From assembly GCA_963772725.1 (NCBI GenBank), contig CAVYYI010000004.1, positions 32,001 through 96,000 of the forward strand: a stretch of DNA of 64,000 bases, given 5' to 3'. The notes under the pieces are model-generated. The model was not told the DNA's origin and made no database searches. It saw nothing but the letters and a program-made list of their open reading frames with translations. Each line of letters opens with the position of its first letter. Position 1 is the stretch's first letter. Position numbers and translations under genes: made by a program. The stretch comes from an uncultured Phycisphaerales bacterium. GTDB taxonomy: Bacteria > Planctomycetota > Phycisphaerae > Sedimentisphaerales > Anaerobacaceae. Positions 33,201 through 43,876 of the stretch are shown in pieces.

Positions 33201-34730
33201 ATTGTTGTCTATTATCTCGGCCTTGACTGCTGTAACACTGGTGTTTGTGCCTGTACCAAAAAGATTTTTTCCAGCCGATGTCCAGGTTGCAGTCAAATCA
33301 CTGGTTGATGATAATTTGGGCCGGGTGGCGTTATATATTACCGTAAACTGCGTAGTGAACGTTGAGGTTGTATTTGAATTTTTATTTTTTACGAAAATAT
33401 CAAAATTCTGGTCAATGGCAACCTTATAGGCACTATTCTCAAGCGTAAACATAGCCGTCCACGTCGTAAAACTCCAGACATCGCCTTTATAGGTACTACC
33501 GTTCTTTTCATCGATCCTCCAGTAGTAGGTCTTGCCAGATACAAGTGTACCCGGGTCAAAAATTGCATCCGTCCTGTTGCCTTTGAATACTGATGAAGCA
33601 GTAGTAGCGCTATTCACATCAGCCCAAATGGTGCCAAGATATATATCGTGTGATGTCGCACCAAAACCTGCTGACCAGCTTAGGTCTATGTCTATATCTG
33701 CGTTTGTGGCGCCATTTGCGGGACTCGGGTTAAAGGCTTTTAGTGAGGCGGTTGACGTTACTGTCGTTTTGCCGGCATAAGGTGTATTATAGCTTACACT
33801 GATTGTTCCGCATGCGCCGCCATAGCTTTTGATTTTGCCCGCGGAAATATAAGAATTGATTGTCGAGGTTACATCACCATCTATTATGAGTGTCCCTGAT
33901 CGAATATCTATGTAGCCTTTGCTGCCCATCCAGAGTTGAGCAGTGTGAATGGTACCGCCATAGAGGTTCACATCTCCTTGACCGCTGTAAGAATCGGAAT
34001 AAGGAATATGCAAATCACCAGCCTCGATTTGGCCGCCGGTCATATGAATAATACCCCTGGTGTTGTAACCGAGCCTTATGAGCTGGCCTGTTGTGTCTAT
34101 AGTGCCGGCACTGATATTGATTGTGCCATAGTTGCCGCCGCTGGCACCCTGTCCGATGATGGTATTGGCGCCAGTAGCCGTAACCAAACCGCCGCTCATA
34201 TTAAAGGTGCCGGTACTGAGATGACCAACATAAAAGTATCTTGCCGAGTTAATGGTACCGCCGCTGATATTAAAAGTGCTGCCAGTTCCATTGGCGGCAG
34301 CGCCAATATCCACATCATAGGTTGACACCGCGATACGTCCCCCGCTCATCGTAAAAGTGCCTGCACCGTTATAGCCGCACAAGAGCTTTGTATTGCAGAT
34401 TAAGACTCCGCCTGTCATTGAAGCTTCACCTGTTTCTCCGGCGTTATATCCTATTTGAAGGTAATTGCACCTCGCGGTATCGGCGCCTGTATGTGTCGAG
34501 TCTATAACCGGCTTATCTGTGCCTGTGTCGATAATTCTTGCGTCGTCGATACTCGTCGGTAAAATGTCCGAGGACCAATTAGCAGCAGTTTTCCAAAGCT
34601 TATCAGTTCCGCCGTGATTCCATGTATATGTTACCCCCCAGTTTCTACCAGTCAAAACTGTCAATGATAAAACAAAAACCATCGAAACCATTAATTTACT
34701 ACGAATTGTCATATTCTCACTTCTCATCAA
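30264..34730 (-). CDS. Modular secreted protein, paralogue 3: GG-rich beta-helix repeats + Ig/FN3-like module + unknown-family core + Ig/FN3-like module + dockerin-like domain
   Basis: Repeats 'GTFTMSGG/GTFNMSGG/GTINISAG'; 'NPSPANGA..YYWRIDE..VWSFTT'; core motifs RDNSGPGSLN and VPSWRVALTG; C-terminus GDFNHDGKVDIEDLA..GDFNGDCRVNFIDFA. Confidence 0.85.
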   Translation of the reverse strand: MMRSENMTIRSKLMVSMVFVLSLTVLTGRNWGVTYTWNHGGTDKLWKTAANWSSDILPTSIDDARIIDTGTDKPVIDSTHTGADTARCNYLQIGYNAGETGEASMTGGVLICNTKLLCGYNGAGTFTMSGGRIAVSTYDVDIGAAANGTGSTFNISGGTINSARYFYVGHLSTGTFNMSGGLVTATGANTIIGQGASGGNYGTINISAGTIDTTGQLIRLGYNTRGIIHMTGGQIEAGDLHIPYSDSYSGQGDVNLYGGTIHTAQLWMGSKGYIDIRSGTLIIDGDVTSTINSYISAGKIKSYGGACGTISVSYNTPYAGKTTVTSTASLKAFNPSPANGATNADIDIDLSWSAGFGATSHDIYLGTIWADVNSATTASSVFKGNRTDAIFDPGTLVSGKTYYWRIDEKNGSTYKGDVWSFTTWTAMFTLENSAYKVAIDQNFDIFVKNKNSNTTSTFTTQFTVIYNATRPKLSSTSDLTATWTSAGKNLFGTGTNTSVTAVKAEIIDNNIVLTYPSQTNFDLAASLDLSTEYNEPALSYTLTANTAGWFMLGYTGAPETDPNTMEKFHQPTMWDDALINPPDDNKLVFPTTPKFCQEFLCPLPAVITDVNGVDCAVVVNPDYQSFRLPHYRNVEFGLCIRNLDGKAQPMIFSPEMGAQEANLPTDKDSYLAVDETHSFGVLWVVDNSSWSDFYRGIVKNIFKFRDQRDNSGPGSLNKLLANITDYAMDADGNNYNMWDSNQKCNEYWTDQPHSFKVLGGLFAINSAIVLDNNEMFWSRSLPQVEYCISREESYFHPYNYNYNLQMSYDNNMLGPWISGLDLGTLYRLTGGRTKAFEVYSKEKGHTESHGHFQQSLEWYRLYGDINELNYAVEGANSCITSPYRICDFQKFLEMYEETGDSNYLDTAKVYAYNFMTTLNTSPRVKDENYLVDEFNQAPIHFQTPGRHVLWGYPPPQHMYAPQQSVPSWRVALTGMQVGTWRAFTFMEYPGGLMRLSGYLNDDFMRDMARWSTVGRWANYPGQQFSRDYSLVYEQDDFCMHPLEYMTFTSMHFWHHWQYIPWAIDFMVNDTIVKSDGNIDFPSRRLFDGGGGSRFNIWGDRTGTFYGDDDVKLWIPNNLLTLSSQQINYIAGYGNGKLYLALSNQSASALTGITVTVDANRVNYGASHTVKVWEDNVAKSDKTLSSGTVEVNVPAKGLTALIIEDVDVITSKVHTNLFKPAYTLTDNSLVRTTESFGKMVGMIISFGPELTEAYIYTAAKPWYAKGGDGDANYAKLYYSIDGGSWQTVTDTVFPYELSVRISPDINTFAYKIEKFNKNNVSIMLSTQILIVTPYQANRPSPAYQAAQVSATADLSWKAGYYAASHNVYFGTSEAAVTTATTASSVFKGNQTSKTYDPGTLNEGVTYYWRIDEVNGVNLWPGLVWSFTTHLTHGDFNHDGKVDIEDLATFALHWLEDKHIGQDCPEHPAGDFNGDCRVNFIDFAIMALDW

Positions 34731-34751
34731 AAATCTATAAAAATTTTGTCA

Positions 34752-37700
34752 TTACCAGTCTAATGCCATTATCGCGAAATCGATAAAATCAACTCTGCAA
34801 TCGCCATTAAAATCTCCTGCAGGATGCTCAGGACAATCCTGTCCAATATGTTTATCTTCCAGCCAGTGCAAGGCAAACGTTGCTAAATCTTCAATGTCAA
34901 CCTTGCCGTCATGATTGAAATCTCCGTGTGTCAAGTGGGTTGTGAAACTCCAGACCAGTCCCGGCCAGACGTTGACACCATTAACTTCATCGATTCGCCA
35001 GTAATACGTGACGCCTTCGTTTAAAGTGCCTGGGTCATAAGTCTTACTTGTCTGGTTCCCTTTGAATACCGAGGAAGCGGTAGTTGCCGTAGTAACAGCA
35101 GCCTCCGATGTTCCAAAGTACACGTTGTGCGAGGCAGCGTAGTATCCCGCCTGCCAGCTTAAATCGGTATTTCTATATACACTTGTGGCATCGAGTGCCG
35201 GACTTGGTTTCCTGGCTTCGTAGGGTGTAACTACTAAGGTGTATACGCTTGACGTTGTAAGTGTGTTGCTGTCATTTCTTTCCTCGTATTTATATTCAAA
35301 GGTGTTGATGTCCGGACTAATCTGGACAGAGAACTCAAATGGGAACACATAGTCCACTGCAGTCGATTGCCACGAACCGCCGTCAAGCCTGTAAATCATC
35401 TTTACATTGTTGGTGTCGCCTGGAATGTTCAGTGAATACGAAGGTCTGGCGTCGGTATAGGTATATGCCTCGGTCAGCTCGGGGCCAAAGGAAATAATCA
35501 TACCTACCATTCTGCCGAAAGATTCGGTTGTGAGGTCTCTTATAAGGCTCTTGTCCGTCAGTGTGTAAACCGGCTCAAACAGGTTGCTATGAACCTTGCT
35601 GGTTATAACATCGATGTCCTCAATAATCAGGGCTGTAAGACCTTTTGCCGGGACGTTGACTTCTACCGTACCGCTCGAGAGGGTCTTGTCGGATTTAGCC
35701 ACATTGTCTTCCCAGACTTTTACTGTATGCGAAGCGCCATAATCAACCCTGTTGGCATCCACTGTTACGGTAACGCCTGTAAGAGCGCTTGCGGACTGGT
35801 TCGACAGGGCAAGGTAAAGCTTGCCGTTGCCGTGACCTGCGATGTAGTTAATCTGCTGGCTGCTGAGTGTTAGCAGGTTGTTGGGAATCCAAAGGTTTAC
35901 GTTCTCGTCGCCGTAGAACGTTCCGGGCCTGTCGCCCCAGATATTAAACCTGCCGTCGTCATATACCCTTCGAGATGGGAAATCAACATTGCCGTCGGAT
36001 TTGACGATTGTATCATTGACCATAAAATCTATCGTCCAGGGTATATACTGCCAGTGATGCCAGAAGTGCGTTGATGTAAACGTCATATACTCCAGCGGAT
36101 GCATACAGAAGTCATCCTGCTCATAGACCAGCGAATAAGCTCTCGAGAACTGCTGACCAGGCCAATTCGCCCATCTGCCAACAGTTGACCATCGGGCCAT
36201 ATCACGCATAAAGTCATCATTTAAGTATCCGCTTAGACGCATCAATCCGCCGGGATATTCCATGAACGTGAATGCCCTACATGACCCCGGCTGCATACCG
36301 GTAAGCGCCACACGCCATGCGGGTACCGATTGCTCAGGAGCGTACATAGGAAGCGGCGGGTCAAATCCCCAATTTATATGCCTGCCCCAACTCTGCCAGT
36401 TAATAGGGGCCTGATTAAACTCATCCACTAAGTAATTTTCATCCTTAACCCTCGGTGAAGTATTGAGAGATGTCATAAAATGGTATGCATAAACTTTTGC
36501 TGTATCCAAGTAGTTGGAATCCCCGGTTTCCTCATATATCTCCAGGTACTTCTGAAAATCACAAATGCGGTAGGGCTGGTATTCATGCAGTAGTTAGCAC
36601 CGCTAATAGCATAGTTCAGTTCATTAATATCGCCATAGAGACGATACCATTCGAGGGATTCATAGAAACTGCCATGCGAGTTGGCATGGCCTTTTTCCTT
36701 AGAATAGATTTTAAACGCCTTGGTACGTCCGCCTGTAAGCCGGTACAATATTCCCAAATCAAGTCCGCCCATCCATGGGCCGAGCATATTGTTATCGTAA
36801 AACATCTGTGTATTGTAAGTTGATAATCATAAGGATGGAACCCCTCGGCTTCACGGCTGAGAGCGTATTCGACCTGCGGAAGTGAGCGGGACCAGAACAT
36901 CTCGTTGTTGTCCAGGACTATCGCGGAATTGATTGCAAACAATCCGCCCAGAATCTTGAATGAATACGCCTGGTCAGTCAAATACTCGTTGCATTTCTGG
37001 TTGGAGTCCCACATATTGTAGTTATTGCCGTCGGCATCCATTGCGTAATCAGTTATATTGGCCAAAAACGTATTCAAAGAGCCCGGACCTGTATTATCAC
37101 GCTGGTCCCTGAAGTCAAAGATGTTCTTGACTATGCCCTTGTAGAAATCGTACCATTCGCGAATTATCTACCGCCAGCAGCACACCAAAACTGTGAGTTG
37201 CATCCACTGCCAGATAAGAATCTTTGTCGGTCGGCAGATTCACTTCCTCTGCGCCCATTTCCGGTGAGAAAATGATCGGCTGGGCCTTGCCGTCTAAATT
37301 CCTGATGCAAATGCCGAATTCGACGTTCTTGTAATGCGGCAGTCGGAATGACTGATAATCCGGACTGACGACTACTGCACAATCCACACCATTAACATCT
37401 CTTGTCATAACCGCAGGAAGCGGGGAGAGAAATTCCTGGCAGAATCTGGGTTCGGTCGGGAAAGCAGGAAACAGCAGCGTCCGGAGGTTTTGATAAATCA
37501 TACCCCACATCGTCGGCTGATGAAACTTCTCCATAGTATTGGGGTCAGTCTCAGGAGCGCCGGTATAACCGAGCATAAACCAGCCTGCGTTATTGGCCTT
37601 TAAGTATAACTCAATGCCGGTTCATTATATTCGGTCGACAAATCAAGTGAGGCGGTCAAAGTCAAAATTGGTCTCAGAGTCGTATGTTAAGACCAAATTG

Positions 37701-39783
37701 CTGTCTATTATCTCAGCCTTGACTGCTGTAACACTGGTGTTTGTGCCTGTACCAAAAAGATTTTTTCCAGCCAATGTCCAGGTTGCAGTCAAATCACTGG
37801 TTGATGACAATTTCGGCCTGGTGGCGTTGTAGATTACCGTGAACTGTGTAGTAAACGCAGAGGTTACATTTGCGTCCTTATTTTTTATGGAAAGGTCAAC
37901 AAAATTCTGGTCAAGGACAACCTTATAGGCGCTGTTGGAAAGCGTAAGGCTGGTTGTCTGCGTTGTAAAACTCCAGACAGTCGCCTTTCGAGGTGCCTCG
38001 GCGTTTCTCTCATCAATTCTCCAGTAATAAGTCTTGCTGGATGCCAGCGTTGGGTCATAGGTATTGCCTGCCTGGTTGCCTTTGAATACTGATGAGCCGG
38101 TGGTTGCGCGATTAACATCGGCCTCGACTGTACCTAAGTACACATCGTGCGATGTAGTGCCGGTACCTGCCGTCCAGGTTAAATTAACAAGTGTGTTGAC
38201 CGTAGCCTCATTGGTCGGGCTGGGGTTGGTAGCTTTGGTATTATCCAAAGTCGTAAAGTGCCAGATGTCGCCTTTGGTTGTGCCGCCGGCGTTTTTCTCA
38301 TCGATTCTCCAGTAATAAGTTTTATTACCAACCATTGTGCCGGTGTCATAAGTTGTACCTGCCTGGTTGCCTTTGAATACCGATGAGCTGGTGGTTGCGC
38401 TATTAACATCAGCCTCGACGGTACCCATGTACACATCGTGTGTCGTTGCACCGGAGCCGACTGTCCAGCTAAGGTCGGCAGTTACACTTACATTAGTGGC
38501 TGCATTAGACGGGCTTGGAGTGGTGGCCTTACTGGCGCTGCAACAGCAGTAGTAAAGCTCCAGACATAACCCTTGACGGTACTGGCATTGACTTCGTCAA
38601 TTCTCCAGTAATAAGTAGTGCTATTAGCCATAGTGCCTGTATCATAAGTAGTACCTGCCTGATTGCCTTTGAACACTGAAGAGCTTGTAGTAGCGCTGTT
38701 GACGTCTTCAAAAACCGTACCAAGATACACATTGTGTGATGCTGCGCCTGAACCTGCCGACCAGCTAAGGTCGGTAGTTACTCCTACACTTGTGGCAGCA
38801 TCGGTAGGACTTGGACTGGATGCCTTTGTGCTTGTCGCCGTTACAGTTGTTTTGCCGGCGTAGGGTGTGTCATAGCTTACGTTGACTGTGCCATCGCCGC
38901 CGTAGGCTTCTATCTTGCCTGCTGTAACATAAGTATTTATTGTCGATACGACGTTACCTGTTATTGTGAGTGTTCCGGATTGGATATCCATATAACCATT
39001 GCTGCCCATCCAGAATGCAGCGGTGTTAATCGATCCGCCATATAGATTTACATCACCCCGGCCGCCGTAAGAATCGGAATAGGGAAGATGTAAATCACCG
39101 GCTTCGATTCGTCCGCCGGTCATGTTGATAATACCGCGGGTGTTATAACCGAGCCTGATAAGCTGGCCGGTTGTGTTTATGGTACCGGCACTGAGATTGA
39201 TTGTGCCGTAGTTGCCGCCGCTGGCGCCCTGTCCAATGATGGTATTGCCGCCGGTAGCCGTAACCAAACCGCCGCTCATATTAAAGGTGCCGGCGCTGAG
39301 GTGACCAACATAAAAGTATCTTGCCGAGTTAATGGTACCGCCGCTCATATTAAATACGCTTCCCGTACCGCTGACAGCAGCGCCGATATCCACATCATAA
39401 GTTGTAACTGCAATACTTCCTCCGCTCATCGTAAAAGTGCCTGTTCCATTATATCCGCACTGGAGCCTCGAATTGCAGATTAACTCACCGCCGGTCATTT
39501 CAGCTTCACCAGAAGTTCCTGCGTTATATCCCAGCCTCAGGTCGTAGCATGTTGCCGCGTTGCCGCCAGTGTGAGTCGAATCGATAATCGGCTTATCTGA
39601 GCCAGTGTCGACAATTTGAGCATAATCGGCGCTTGTCGGCACGGTATCTGAAGACCAGTTACCCGCGGTTTTCCAGAGCCTATCGGCACCGCCGTGGTCC
39701 CATGTATAGGTGGCTCCAGATGTATTGCCGACCAAAGCCAGCAATAGACCAAAAACCATCAAATATGTTAACTTTTTACACAT
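34752..39783 (-). CDS. Modular secreted protein, paralogue 4 (multiple frameshifts; extra Ig/FN3-like modules)
   Basis: ORFs 38488-39783, 37643-38434, 37115-37576, 36616-37077, 36473-36805 and 34752-36509 are colinear with and highly similar to 30264-34730. Confidence 0.8.
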
Positions 39784-40026
39784 TTTACTTGTTTCCTTTC
39801 TCTAAATTTTTTTTATACATCACGTCCTTAATATATACAAACCCGTTACTTCAGAGCCATTACGCGCAATTGATACAACTCTTCCATTACCTTCCTTCTG
39901 CCACCTCCTTTCCGGTACCGTATTCATAATTTTATGCACATATAGCCCCGAATCTGAAATACACGAGCCTACGCCGTGTATCTTTAAAGCTTTAGATAAT
40001 GCTGCGATTGAGTTATTTAGATAGAT

Positions 40027-41272
40027 GAGACCTCTGAAAAACCTCACATTTTATTATTCTCTTATATTTTTGCTTGAAGTGCTTCGAAAAATTATTTCGA
40101 TACACCGCAAAAACTGTTTTCTGGCCTTACCAAAGGATTCTTTTATGCCTTTGGTATACCTTTTTATCTGTTCATAACGGTCGTGTGCCGTTATCCGGCA
40201 ATACTCACCAGGCTAAAACTCCTTTTCCAATTGTACGCTATTACATGTAACCCAAAATCAAAGGCGTTACGCCTCATACCTCGATATCGAGTCCTGCCGT
40301 AGCCGGTATTCTTCATCCACGCAAACGGATGTTCAACCACCGCCCGAATTCCCGCCACCAGACGGTTATGCAATTTCTGTGAGGCTGTTAATTCCTTCTG
40401 GCCGCGAACTCGTTTTTGAATAATTCCGCAAAACACGCCGCGTTCCTCCAGTTTTGCCTTTCGGTCTTTATCCATATATGCACTATCAGCAAAGACACTG
40501 TCCTTCTCATCCTCAACAAGTTCGTCAATATACCTGCTGTCATGGGTTGAGGCGGTATCGAAACGGTAGTCTTTAATCATGCCGTTACAGTCAGTAGCAA
40601 TATGGCCCTTATAGCCGTGATATATTCTGCCATGTTTTTTCGTATAACCTGCTGCCTTGTCTTTGGTGCTGGAAATACCGTCTTTGCCAGTTCTGCCGCG
40701 AGGCGCTTCTATTATAGTGGCATCAACACAGGTCCCTTCCTCAAGTATAACGCCGCGACTTTTGAGGATGGCGATAGTCTTATCAAATAATGTAGCTATA
40801 TGGCCGTTTATATTAAGACGCTTGCGAAACTGCACAAAAGTAGTTTCATCAGGTGCATCCTGTTCCATCTTAAGGCCTACAAATCGTCTGAAGGATATAC
40901 GGTCACAGAGCATCTCTTCGAGCATCGGGTCGGAAAGATTAAACCACTTTTGCAGCATTATGCATTTTATCATCATTACAAGTGGATAATTCGATGCTCC
41001 GCCTTTGTCGGTGTTGTTCTTGTACATATCCCTTAACGGCTCAGCAAGTTCGTTCCATGGTATAAGCTGGTCGCATTTTTGAAAAAATTGAGCAGTGCGA
41101 CGACCGCCGAGGTCAGAGGTTAAACTGTCGAGAAATGTTGGTTGATTGCTTGTGCGTTCCATAATCTTTGCCTCCATGCAATAAAATTGACTATTGAATG
41201 GACGCATTATATCATATCCGCTGATAATTGCATTAATGTTTTGTAAAAAATGCATAGTTTTTCAGAGGTCTC
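40027..41272 (-). mobile_element. IS5-family insertion sequence, complete, with AGAT target-site duplication
   Basis: IRs gagacctctgaaaaac / gtttttcagaggtctc; agat at 40023-40026 and 41273-41276. Confidence 0.92.
40191..41255 (-). CDS. IS5-family DDE transposase (real start possibly 41162)
   Basis: LQKWFNLSDPMLEE, SFRRFVGL, PDETT, VDATII, GYKGH, ADSAY and RAVVEHPF motifs. Confidence 0.93.
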   Translation of the reverse strand: MHFLQNINAIISGYDIMRPFNSQFYCMEAKIMERTSNQPTFLDSLTSDLGGRRTAQFFQKCDQLIPWNELAEPLRDMYKNNTDKGGASNYPLVMMIKCIMLQKWFNLSDPMLEEMLCDRISFRRFVGLKMEQDAPDETTFVQFRKRLNINGHIATLFDKTIAILKSRGVILEEGTCVDATIIEAPRGRTGKDGISSTKDKAAGYTKKHGRIYHGYKGHIATDCNGMIKDYRFDTASTHDSRYIDELVEDEKDSVFADSAYMDKDRKAKLEERGVFCGIIQKRVRGQKELTASQKLHNRLVAGIRAVVEHPFAWMKNTGYGRTRYRGMRRNAFDFGLHVIAYNWKRSFSLVSIAG

Positions 41273-41566
41273 AGATTCATATAATACGTTTTTTATCCGC
41301 TCTTTTTTTTTACACTTCTCCTTAAATTTTAACTTTCCTGTATTGTAGCCAAGATAAAATGGTTAAAAATGGCTAATATTGACTAATCCATGCCATTTTT
41401 TGACTTTTGAACCCGTTTCGCGGCATAGATGACGTAGTATGTTTGGAAAAAACGCTAACTATTTAGACTAATTGGGCACAAAGGTCCTCATGCCATATTT
41501 CCCTTTTATCTTTTTGACTCATTTTTTTAGTAAGCGTTCGTGTTTGCCCATTTTATTGAATTTAAA

Positions 41567-41595
41567 AGTATGGCGGTTCATTAAGCCGCCATACT
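41567..41595 (-). terminator. Rho-independent terminator of the GH16 gene
   Basis: agtatggcgg ... ccgccatact followed by T's on the minus strand. Confidence 0.65.
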
Positions 41596-41655
41596 CTGTA
41601 CTTACATCACATTGACAGTCAATCTGCACTAACTTTTAGTTTTGCCAAATAGAGA

Positions 41656-43779
41656 TTACGGACTTGTCGTAAAGCTCCATATCGTTCCGGGGGTTATAAC
41701 GTCATAGTTGGGGTCGGTTTTACTGTGACCGCTGTACATATCCACTTCATCAATCGACCAGTAATACGTTGTACTGCCGGCCATTGTGCCGGGGTCGTAT
41801 GATGTTATACCTGTGCTTCTGCCTTTGTATTCGCTGGATGCGGTTGTTGCAGTAGATACTGCATCGTAACTTGTCCCCAAATATACATCCTGTCTTCTTG
41901 AAAAGAAACCGTTTGTCCAGCTAAGGTCTGCGGTCTTACTCACACCCGTTGCAGTATCAGCAGGACTTGGACTTGTTGCCTTTGCGGTTTCCGCCGGGCC
42001 GGTCAGGTTGACTGTCGTTGTTGCTCTGCCGGGATAATCGGTGTAAACCTTCAAAGCAGCCGATTTACTTCCCGTACTTGTCGGCACAAATGTTACTGTT
42101 ACAAAACGGTATTTGCCCGCGGAAATTGCGATGGAATCACTAAGACTGCAACTGAACTGACTTGCATCCGTTCCTGTTATTTCCGCATGGACACCTGTGA
42201 AGCTCACCGTGCCGGCTGTGTCGTTCATAATCACAAAAGTCTTGGTGAAAGCATCTCTATTGCCCGATTCGATAGTGCATTTCGGGAAGGTGTAAGAACC
42301 GTCTGTCCAGTAAGTAGGCCATTCATAAACCTTTACCCAGTCGACATACATAGTAGCGGCGTTGTCGCCATAGAGGGTACTGAACAGCACCTCCGTCACA
42401 GAACTGGTTTTACCGCTGGCCCAGGTGCTTTCGAGTTGTTTAACTCCCTCGTAATACCACTTCATTTTATCGGTGCCGTCGTTAAACCATGTGAAACCAA
42501 ACGTATGGTAACTATCTTCTAACCCGCTTACACCTACTGCTGTCCCACCTAATGAGGTATGGGTAGGTCTCCAGTCGTGAAGGTTCATATGCAACTCATC
42601 GGGGTTGATTTGTAACTCCTGGATATCTATCTCGAAGCGGTCATCCTGGTCGGCAACAGAAACATAAGCGCCATCCGGGTCATCGCCGAATTCGGGAGTA
42701 TTCAGCCAGAATGCCTGGTTTAAGGCGCCATCATTACCACACTTATATGAAGCTACAAAGCGACCGTAGCGCTGCCAAAACTTTGAGCTAATCGTGCCAA
42801 AGCTCCAGTCGCCGGGATACCATGCTGCATCATAGACGCTGTTTAGTTTAAGTTTACCGCTGGCAACCTCGATATTTTGGGCGAATCGGTTAGAGCCTCC
42901 GCTCCAATGAGGATTCTGCCAAACATTGCAGTCAAGTGTGCTTCCACTAAAATCATCGCTGAAAGTCAAAACAAACGGCCTTGCCACCACTGTTGTCTTA
43001 CTGCTTGCGTACGTTGCACTGAGAAATCCTTCGCCGTCGAAGGCTGTAATCTTGCCGTTATCGAAATAGGTGTTTATTGCTGTCCGCGCATCGCCGCTGA
43101 TTATCAGCGTACCTCCGCTGATATCCACCAGGCCGCCGGTATTTATTGTAAGACCGTTCGATGTAAGTTCGATTCTGCCGCCGTCTAAATGCAGCCGTCC
43201 TGTGCTGCCTGCGGTATAAGGAATAAGCATCTTAAGAGCCAAAACTGAGCCGCCGGTCATATTTATTGTACCGCTGCCGTTATAACCGCATCTGATGCCT
43301 GCAGCTGCGGCCTTATTGGCGTTCACGCTGCCGCCGCTGATAGTGAGCGTACCATTGCTGCCGGAATTCCAGCCGACAATAATGCCGTTGGCAGCACTCG
43401 CATCAAGCGTCCCGCCGCTCATTGTAATCGTGCCGGTGCCGCTGTAACCCGGTACTGCATAACCGCTTGCTATATTCAGCAGGCCGCCCGTCATGGAAAG
43501 TTCGCCTGTAGTGCTGGAGCCGTACCCAACATAAGCATAAGTGCACGTTGCTTTACTGGCGCCGGTGTGGGTCGAATCGATTATCGGCTTGTTCGTACCG
43601 GATGAATCTATCTGAGCATTATCAGCACTTGTCGGCACAGTATCCGCTGACCAGTTCGCTGCCGTCTTCCATAGCTTATCTGCTCCGCCATAGTCCCAGG
43701 TGCGTGTTACTCCGGTAACATTACCCGTCCAAACCATAAGCAAAACAAATATCATTATGAACATCAGTTTTTTACACAT
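41656..43779 (-). CDS. Secreted modular GH16-family glycoside hydrolase (GG-rich repeats + GH16 + Ig-like modules)
   Basis: FSDDFSGSTLD..W, YGRFVA, AFWL, catalytic-type FEIDIQE, YHTFGFTW and MYVDWVKVYE. Confidence 0.75.
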   Translation of the reverse strand: MCKKLMFIMIFVLLMVWTGNVTGVTRTWDYGGADKLWKTAANWSADTVPTSADNAQIDSSGTNKPIIDSTHTGASKATCTYAYVGYGSSTTGELSMTGGLLNIASGYAVPGYSGTGTITMSGGTLDASAANGIIVGWNSGSNGTLTISGGSVNANKAAAAGIRCGYNGSGTINMTGGSVLALKMLIPYTAGSTGRLHLDGGRIELTSNGLTINTGGLVDISGGTLIISGDARTAINTYFDNGKITAFDGEGFLSATYASSKTTVVARPFVLTFSDDFSGSTLDCNVWQNPHWSGGSNRFAQNIEVASGKLKLNSVYDAAWYPGDWSFGTISSKFWQRYGRFVASYKCGNDGALNQAFWLNTPEFGDDPDGAYVSVADQDDRFEIDIQELQINPDELHMNLHDWRPTHTSLGGTAVGVSGLEDSYHTFGFTWFNDGTDKMKWYYEGVKQLESTWASGKTSSVTEVLFSTLYGDNAATMYVDWVKVYEWPTYWTDGSYTFPKCTIESGNRDAFTKTFVIMNDTAGTVSFTGVHAEITGTDASQFSCSLSDSIAISAGKYRFVTVTFVPTSTGSKSAALKVYTDYPGRATTTVNLTGPAETAKATSPSPADTATGVSKTADLSWTNGFFSRRQDVYLGTSYDAVSTATTASSEYKGRSTGITSYDPGTMAGSTTYYWSIDEVDMYSGHSKTDPNYDVITPGTIWSFTTSP

Positions 43780-43876
43780 AATTTAAACCCCTTTCTTTTT
43801 AGTCGTAATCAAATATCTTACAAAACTTGTTTTCTCAGGCCTGCCGCATACCCATTATCAATATCTTCTTCAAACT

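Noticed and set aside
30264..35000. Cellulosome-like complex
   Set aside because: Dockerin-like tails are present but no cohesin or scaffoldin is visible; such domains are common in this lineage
26852..39783. Diversity-generating retroelement explaining the near-identical repeats
   Set aside because: No reverse transcriptase in the window, and the differences do not look adenine-specific
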